From: Lophium mytilinum
Lineage: Eukaryota
Length of the DNA stretch: 64,000 bases
Direction: 5' to 3'
NCBI GenBank assembly: GCA_010093605.1
Contig: MU004189.1
Location: 627,834 to 691,833 of the forward strand
Part shown: piece by piece, positions 62,836 through 64,000 of the stretch
Position numbering within the stretch: position 1 is the stretch's first letter
Layout: each line of letters starts with the position of its first letter
Notes under the pieces: model-generated
The model's database searches: none
What the model saw: only the letters and a program-made list of their open reading frames with translations
What the model was told of the DNA's origin: nothing
Translations under genes and position numbers: made by a program

Positions 62836-64000
62836 TCATGACTGCATCGCCTCCTCTGTCTTCGCTCTTTTGCCTTCACCCGCGGCCTCTCCGTCAGCCT
62901 CCAGCTTTCTCTTAACTTTGCCATTAACCTCCTCTTTCTTCGCTTCTGTGGGCTTCTTTTTCCTTACCAAACCAGTGAGGTCGTTTGCGCCCTTTGCAGC
63001 CTCATCAAGTCGCGCTTTCTGGGCAGCTGGATCGGCACCGAGGAGATCCCCGAGGAGTCCCTTGAAGAGAGCCGGGTCTGCGCCAGAGAGGTCTGCGAGG
63101 GGATTTGTTACTTGCTTCGTAGGGGGAGCGCGGAGGTCGTTCAACTATGTTTGATTAGCAGTATGATCGTAGCCTCGAATCACATCATGCGTACGCGCAG
63201 GTTCATCTCTTCGATCATCTCCTTGACGTCTACAATAGACATTATGTGGTCTTCCTTCTTGGCCTCGGGGAGTGATGCGAGTTCGGCCTCCTCCTTTCTC
63301 AGGCGGAGCTGTAGGGACGCGATAGCTGCTTCCATTTCTACAGCAGCTTCCTCTCGCAATGCCATGTCGATCTCGGCATTCTGTGGATTCGCGTCCACAC
63401 TACCGCTAGCCTCCTGTTCGCGTTGTGCATCTCGAACAGCGGACACTGACGCAAACTCAAGGGACAAGGACAGCTTATAATGACCTTCGGCTATCATTGA
63501 CGATTCTTGGGGATACAATTGCTTTCGTAGCTCGATGGCGGCGCGGGAATCTGATATCGCGTCTAAGAATCGCTCGTTCTCAAGCGATATCTCAGCCTGG
63601 AGGTCATGAGTGTCGGCCAGGCGTTCCTTTATATGTCGAACTTCGGGTGTGTCTTCCGATGTAGATGCAGCTTTGCCTTTGCCCTTAGAGTCCGCCTCTG
63701 TGCTAGACACATCCTGTGATGTCAACGCCTCCAATTGTCGCGAGAGCAGTACGCGTCCAACGTCGAGGATCTCGTATGCATTGGCAAAGTCGTCGTCCTC
63801 GCCCTCTTCGTCTCCCTCGCCCTCCTCTTCCTCTTCTTCTGAATCAGTCCAGTTCTCGTCGCCTGTCAACTGGAAGAATGGCTTGTTCTTCACATCATCC
63901 GCCGGCTTGTTTGCGCCGGCTGGGTCTTCGGTGCCGTTTGCAGGCGCATCACTCGAACTGGCCTCCGCTTGGGCTTTCTTGTCCTTCTTCGACTTGTCCG
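62836..64000 (-). CDS. SIM3: NASP/Sim3/Hif1-family histone chaperone (SHNi-TPR); 5' end outside the window
   Basis: Acidic tract, then DDFANAYEILDVGRVLL, RLADTHDLQAEISLENERF and IAEGHYKLSLSLEF; the last exon has ANDLTGLVRKKK. Confidence 0.9.

Overview
This is gene-dense DNA from a filamentous ascomycete (Pezizomycotina; class not determinable from the sequence). Most genes carry short GT..CTAAC/CTGAC..YAG introns. Recognisable housekeeping genes include succinyl-CoA:3-ketoacid CoA transferase, an Emp46/47-type lectin, PHB2, ubiquitin-RPS31, an Ace2/Swi5-type C2H2 factor, a PQ-loop protein, ERV1, a Fus3/Kss1/Pmk1 MAP kinase, DBP3, a Vps62-like protein, a TFIIIC subunit-like protein, an SDR and a Sim3/NASP histone chaperone cut by the window end. 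An accessory-looking block at about 29-39.7 kb holds a PRISE/VEP1-type reductase, a frameshifted GH47 mannosidase, a HET-domain gene, a HOL1-like MFS transporter head-to-head with a GNAT-like gene, and a spliced 56-aa Cys/His microprotein missing from the ORF track. There are two further broken genes, an amidohydrolase remnant and a P450. The strongest candidate for an undescribed system is a head-to-head pair of uncharacterised genes (51898-55238) that appear to share one unknown domain, followed by a non-coding array of ~143-bp repeats. All family calls come from reading motifs by eye; no searches were run, and exon models are manual.
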